Source: Candidatus Micrarchaeota archaeon
GTDB taxonomy: Archaea; Micrarchaeota; Micrarchaeia; Micrarchaeales; CABMGC01
Assembly: GCA_021792235.1 (NCBI GenBank)
Contig: JAJYVC010000001.1
Span: 752-64,751, forward strand
Length of the DNA: 64,000 nucleotides
Direction: 5' to 3'
Below the pieces are notes generated by a model, which searched no databases, was not told the DNA's origin, and worked only from the letters and a program-made list of their open reading frames with translations. Below are positions 62,319-64,000 of the stretch, one piece after another (the stretch's first letter is position 1; every line of letters begins with the position of its first letter). The position numbers and the translations under genes were made by a program.

Positions 62319-63929
62319 TCACGCCTTCCTGATCAACGCCTGGTAGAGGTAGTCAGAATAATCGAAGAAGCTGCCGAAGATGTTGCTTACACGGCCGAGC
62401 TTGTTCGTAGCGTACCTCATTGATAATATGTCCTTGTCATTTATTGCCCTGAACATTATGAGAAGGCCAGGGTACACCAGAAGCGAGATAACTACCCCAA
62501 CTATTATCTCAAGAATATATTTTTCGCCTACCAGATACGAGGACAGCAGGATATTGCTTGAGATATATATCAGAAACAGCATAAGTCCAAGGACTGCATT
62601 TGATACGTACAGGAATATTGTCTTCCTCAGCTCAAGTTTCAGGCCAAACATCCTGCTAGCATACTTGGAGAAGAACACTGCCTCTACGGCGTTACCTATG
62701 AAGAATATGGTCAATATTGCTCCTATCACCTTTAAGTAAGGCACTAGGAGCAGCATGAATACAAGCTGTAACACTGCAGATATGAAATTCACCTTCATGA
62801 CGCTCGAGGTATGGCCCCCAGATATGAGCAGCTCGCTTATGTAGGTGCCAAAGAGTCCTAGTGTGCTGCCAGCAGCTATAAGTGTGAGGAAGAGTGGGGC
62901 ACTGCTGTAGCTGCTACCTACAAAGAGATCGAGGCCAGGAGCCGCCATCACTCCAACAAAAACTATTATCGGAAGCATGGGTATAAGCGCGAAATGTATT
63001 ATCTTGTTGTATGTGCTGTTTATCCTGTCGCTCATCTCCAGAGCCTTCGCTGTGGTGAATATTGGAAGCAGCCCGCTGCCAAAGACGCTGTATATCATGA
63101 AAAGCAGCGCATAGCCCTTCGATGCTGCTCCATAGTTTCCGAGCTGCGAGAGAGTCACATAGAATCCAAGGAAAAGTATCGAGAAGTTCTGCATGCCTGT
63201 GTTCAGGAAGTTTGTTGCGGCTAATGGCCACACAACACGGAAGACACTGCCTATCTCCGCGCGCGAAGGCAGGTATATCCTGAACTTGAACGTTGAAGAT
63301 ACTACTCTGTATACAAGGTATGCGCCTATGACTGCCCCTGCAAGATATCCTATCAGCATGGCAGACACTGCGCCTATCACTCCGTACTTTATGGTCAGCA
63401 TCACGCTGAGCGCAAGCTGAATCAGGTCAACCACGACGTTTATTGTTGCAGACAGGTCGGTCCTGGAGAATCCTATGAGTGCACTCACGGCAAGCGTTTC
63501 AAGTATGTTGAATATTATGGTGCCCGCGGCCGCCATGAGGATCAGCGATGTCACATGCAAGTTTGCGTACACTCCTGCCAGGTAACTGCTTACGCCTATC
63601 CCGAAAAGAGTGAGCACTATTCCTGCTGTTCCGGCTATTATATATCCGCTGGAAAGGGTCCGTAGTATCCCCTCGCCATCCTTCTTGTATGAAAGTCCTG
63701 CAAGCATGGTGCTGAAATACGCACCGACACCGAATGCAAGGAATCCGTTCACCAATGCAGCGAATCCGAATGCAAGAGTATATACTCCATAGCCCGTCGG
63801 GTTAAGTATCCTGGCCACCACTATGAATGTAAGTGCGGTAAACGCGACGCCGAAGCCCTGCCCTATGAACAGCGGGTATAGTATCTTTGCGGACCTTACG
63901 CCTATTCCCTCCTCAGCAACGCTATCCAT
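62319..63929 (-). CDS. MOP-superfamily polysaccharide/oligosaccharide flippase (Wzx/RfbX-like)
   Basis: 536 aa, ~14 TM. Typical polysaccharide-biosynthesis-protein hydrophobic pattern. 4 nt downstream-coupled to the GT2 gene. Confidence 0.8.
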   Translation of the reverse strand: MDSVAEEGIGVRSAKILYPLFIGQGFGVAFTALTFIVVARILNPTGYGVYTLAFGFAALVNGFLAFGVGAYFSTMLAGLSYKKDGEGILRTLSSGYIIAGTAGIVLTLFGIGVSSYLAGVYANLHVTSLILMAAAGTIIFNILETLAVSALIGFSRTDLSATINVVVDLIQLALSVMLTIKYGVIGAVSAMLIGYLAGAVIGAYLVYRVVSSTFKFRIYLPSRAEIGSVFRVVWPLAATNFLNTGMQNFSILFLGFYVTLSQLGNYGAASKGYALLFMIYSVFGSGLLPIFTTAKALEMSDRINSTYNKIIHFALIPMLPIIVFVGVMAAPGLDLFVGSSYSSAPLFLTLIAAGSTLGLFGTYISELLISGGHTSSVMKVNFISAVLQLVFMLLLVPYLKVIGAILTIFFIGNAVEAVFFSKYASRMFGLKLELRKTIFLYVSNAVLGLMLFLIYISSNILLSSYLVGEKYILEIIVGVVISLLVYPGLLIMFRAINDKDILSMRYATNKLGRVSNIFGSFFDYSDYLYQALIRKA

Positions 63930-64000
63930 CCTTGAACCACAAACACTTTGTAAAAATAAAGCTTTATATGTATCGCAGGCAAAATTAAACCTGAAAGCGG

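Noticed and set aside
1-64000. Scan for CRISPR arrays, rRNA genes, IS elements and intact integrases or transposases
   Set aside because: I found no regularly spaced short repeats, no rRNA-like conserved stretches and no DDE or tyrosine-recombinase motifs in any listed ORF. A visual scan cannot exclude short degraded fragments.

Overview
Gene-dense archaeal chromosomal segment. I infer a Thermoplasmata-like organism from gene content only: PriL, archaeal CCA-adding enzyme, S13-S4-S11 block, FtsZ-SecE, ScpAB, type IV pilin-like signal peptides, an 11-subunit-style nuo operon without nuoEFG, and a tRNA with a canonical-position intron. Core content: cca (partial), AK6-like kinase, two aldehyde dehydrogenases, priL, a 10-gene nuo operon (A,B,C,D,H,I,J,K,L,N), rps13-rps4-rps11, a copper locus (PadR-TRASH regulator, YHS mini-protein, CPC-type P-type ATPase), a naphthoquinone block (menA-like gene flanked by two ubiE-like paralogs, plus polyprenyl synthase), scpAB, PduO-type adenosyltransferase, tyrS, ftsZ-secE, ppa, pyrG and glycosylation genes. 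I found two tRNAs: Ser-GGA with a 13-nt intron, and Val-CAC. Accessory content stands out in three places. (1) The last 22 nt of tRNA-Val are repeated exactly 5.9 kb downstream. They bracket an AT-richer insert with a decayed left arm of pseudogenes and a compact mercury operon. That operon pairs an ArsR-type regulator and MerA with two membrane proteins carrying vicinal-Cys and CxxC motifs, which I propose as an uncharacterised archaeal Hg(II) uptake relay. A third, shorter copy of the repeat closes a RHH/RelE toxin-antitoxin cassette. (2) A minus-strand run of nucleotide-handling genes: sugar-phosphate nucleotidyltransferase, tandem HIT, Fic-HEAT and HAD, facing MazG and an alkaline-phosphatase-superfamily enzyme. 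A 93-nt promoter-bearing repeat lies upstream of both the HIT and the Fic genes. (3) A MacB-type ABC module with a wall-anchored beta-rich protein, next to a convergent overlapping pair of unknown genes. I recognised no rRNA, CRISPR array, intact integrase or transposase. All calls rest on reading motifs by eye, with no database searches.
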